NCBI GenBank assembly: GCA_963977445.1
Contig: CAXBPH010000078.1
Location: 1-27,413, forward strand
DNA length: 27,413 nt
Reading direction: 5' to 3'
From: an uncultured bacterium
Lineage (GTDB): Bacteria > Hydrogenedentota > Hydrogenedentia > Hydrogenedentales > JAEUWI01
Shown here: in pieces, positions 27,184 through 27,413 of the stretch
Layout: each line of letters opens with the position of its first letter
Position numbering within the stretch: position 1 is the stretch's first letter
The notes under the pieces: generated by a model
The model's input: the letters and a program-made list of their open reading frames with translations, nothing else
What the model was told of the DNA's origin: nothing
Databases searched by the model: none
Position numbers and translations under genes: made by a program

Positions 27184-27275
27184 GAGGGCCAACGGCCAGA
27201 TAACATACCAGCATGGGGCGAAGCCCCATGTTTAGAGGTCGATTCATCCATAGAGGGCTGAAAGCCCGTCCCATA
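27184..27275 (+). repeat. REP-like three-hairpin unit of a second sequence family
   Basis: GGCCAACGGCC, CATGGGGC-GAA-GCCCCATG and GGGCTGAAAGCCC; same short-long-short hairpin layout as 26594-26690. Confidence 0.7.
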
Positions 27276-27413
27276 GGTCATCGCGGCAACTCATATCGGA
27301 TCCAAGATCGATGCTTGCCCAGTGAAGACGCGACCTGTAATATCTCATCTGCTCGATTCAAACCACGAGAGCAACTGCATTTGCCCCTATAAACGACGCG
27401 GCAGGCCCGCGGG

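Noticed and set aside
26594..27275. CRISPR array interpretation of the terminal repeats
   Set aside because: Only two copies per repeat type, mixed orientations, no regular repeat-spacer period and no cas genes in the window.
27278..27413. Open minus-strand frame running off the window end
   Set aside because: About 44 codons with no recognisable motif; cannot be supported.

Overview
GC-rich (roughly 55-60%) bacterial chromosomal window. Gene style (Tat-exported Gfo/Idh/MocA, DUF1800/DUF1501, 'GGCPP' lipoprotein) suggests a Hydrogenedentota/PVC-like lineage, which is inference only. There are about 22 credible CDSs: an Ada/Ogt-type methyltransferase; a HEAT-repeat protein plus Tat oxidoreductase; a secreted low-complexity protein; an operon of membrane protein, DUF1800, DUF1501, ECF sigma, zinc anti-sigma and a paralogous membrane protein; a metallophosphoesterase lipoprotein; rsmA plus a PAS kinase; an FHA-GAF-adenylate cyclase; several lineage-specific envelope proteins, one very Cys-rich; a hybrid kinase; TonB-like plus ExbB-like genes without ExbD; an XPB N-terminal-like helicase-associated protein; and a PilZ protein. 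Non-coding highlights: an unannotated ~320-nt nested, possibly pseudoknotted, structured RNA candidate (3335-3650); a candidate ECF promoter in front of the DUF1800/DUF1501 operon; two intrinsic terminators; and REP/BIME-like repeats, including a 67-nt element present twice in inverted orientation. No rRNA, tRNA, CRISPR array or transposase was seen. Family assignments come from motif recognition, not database searches.
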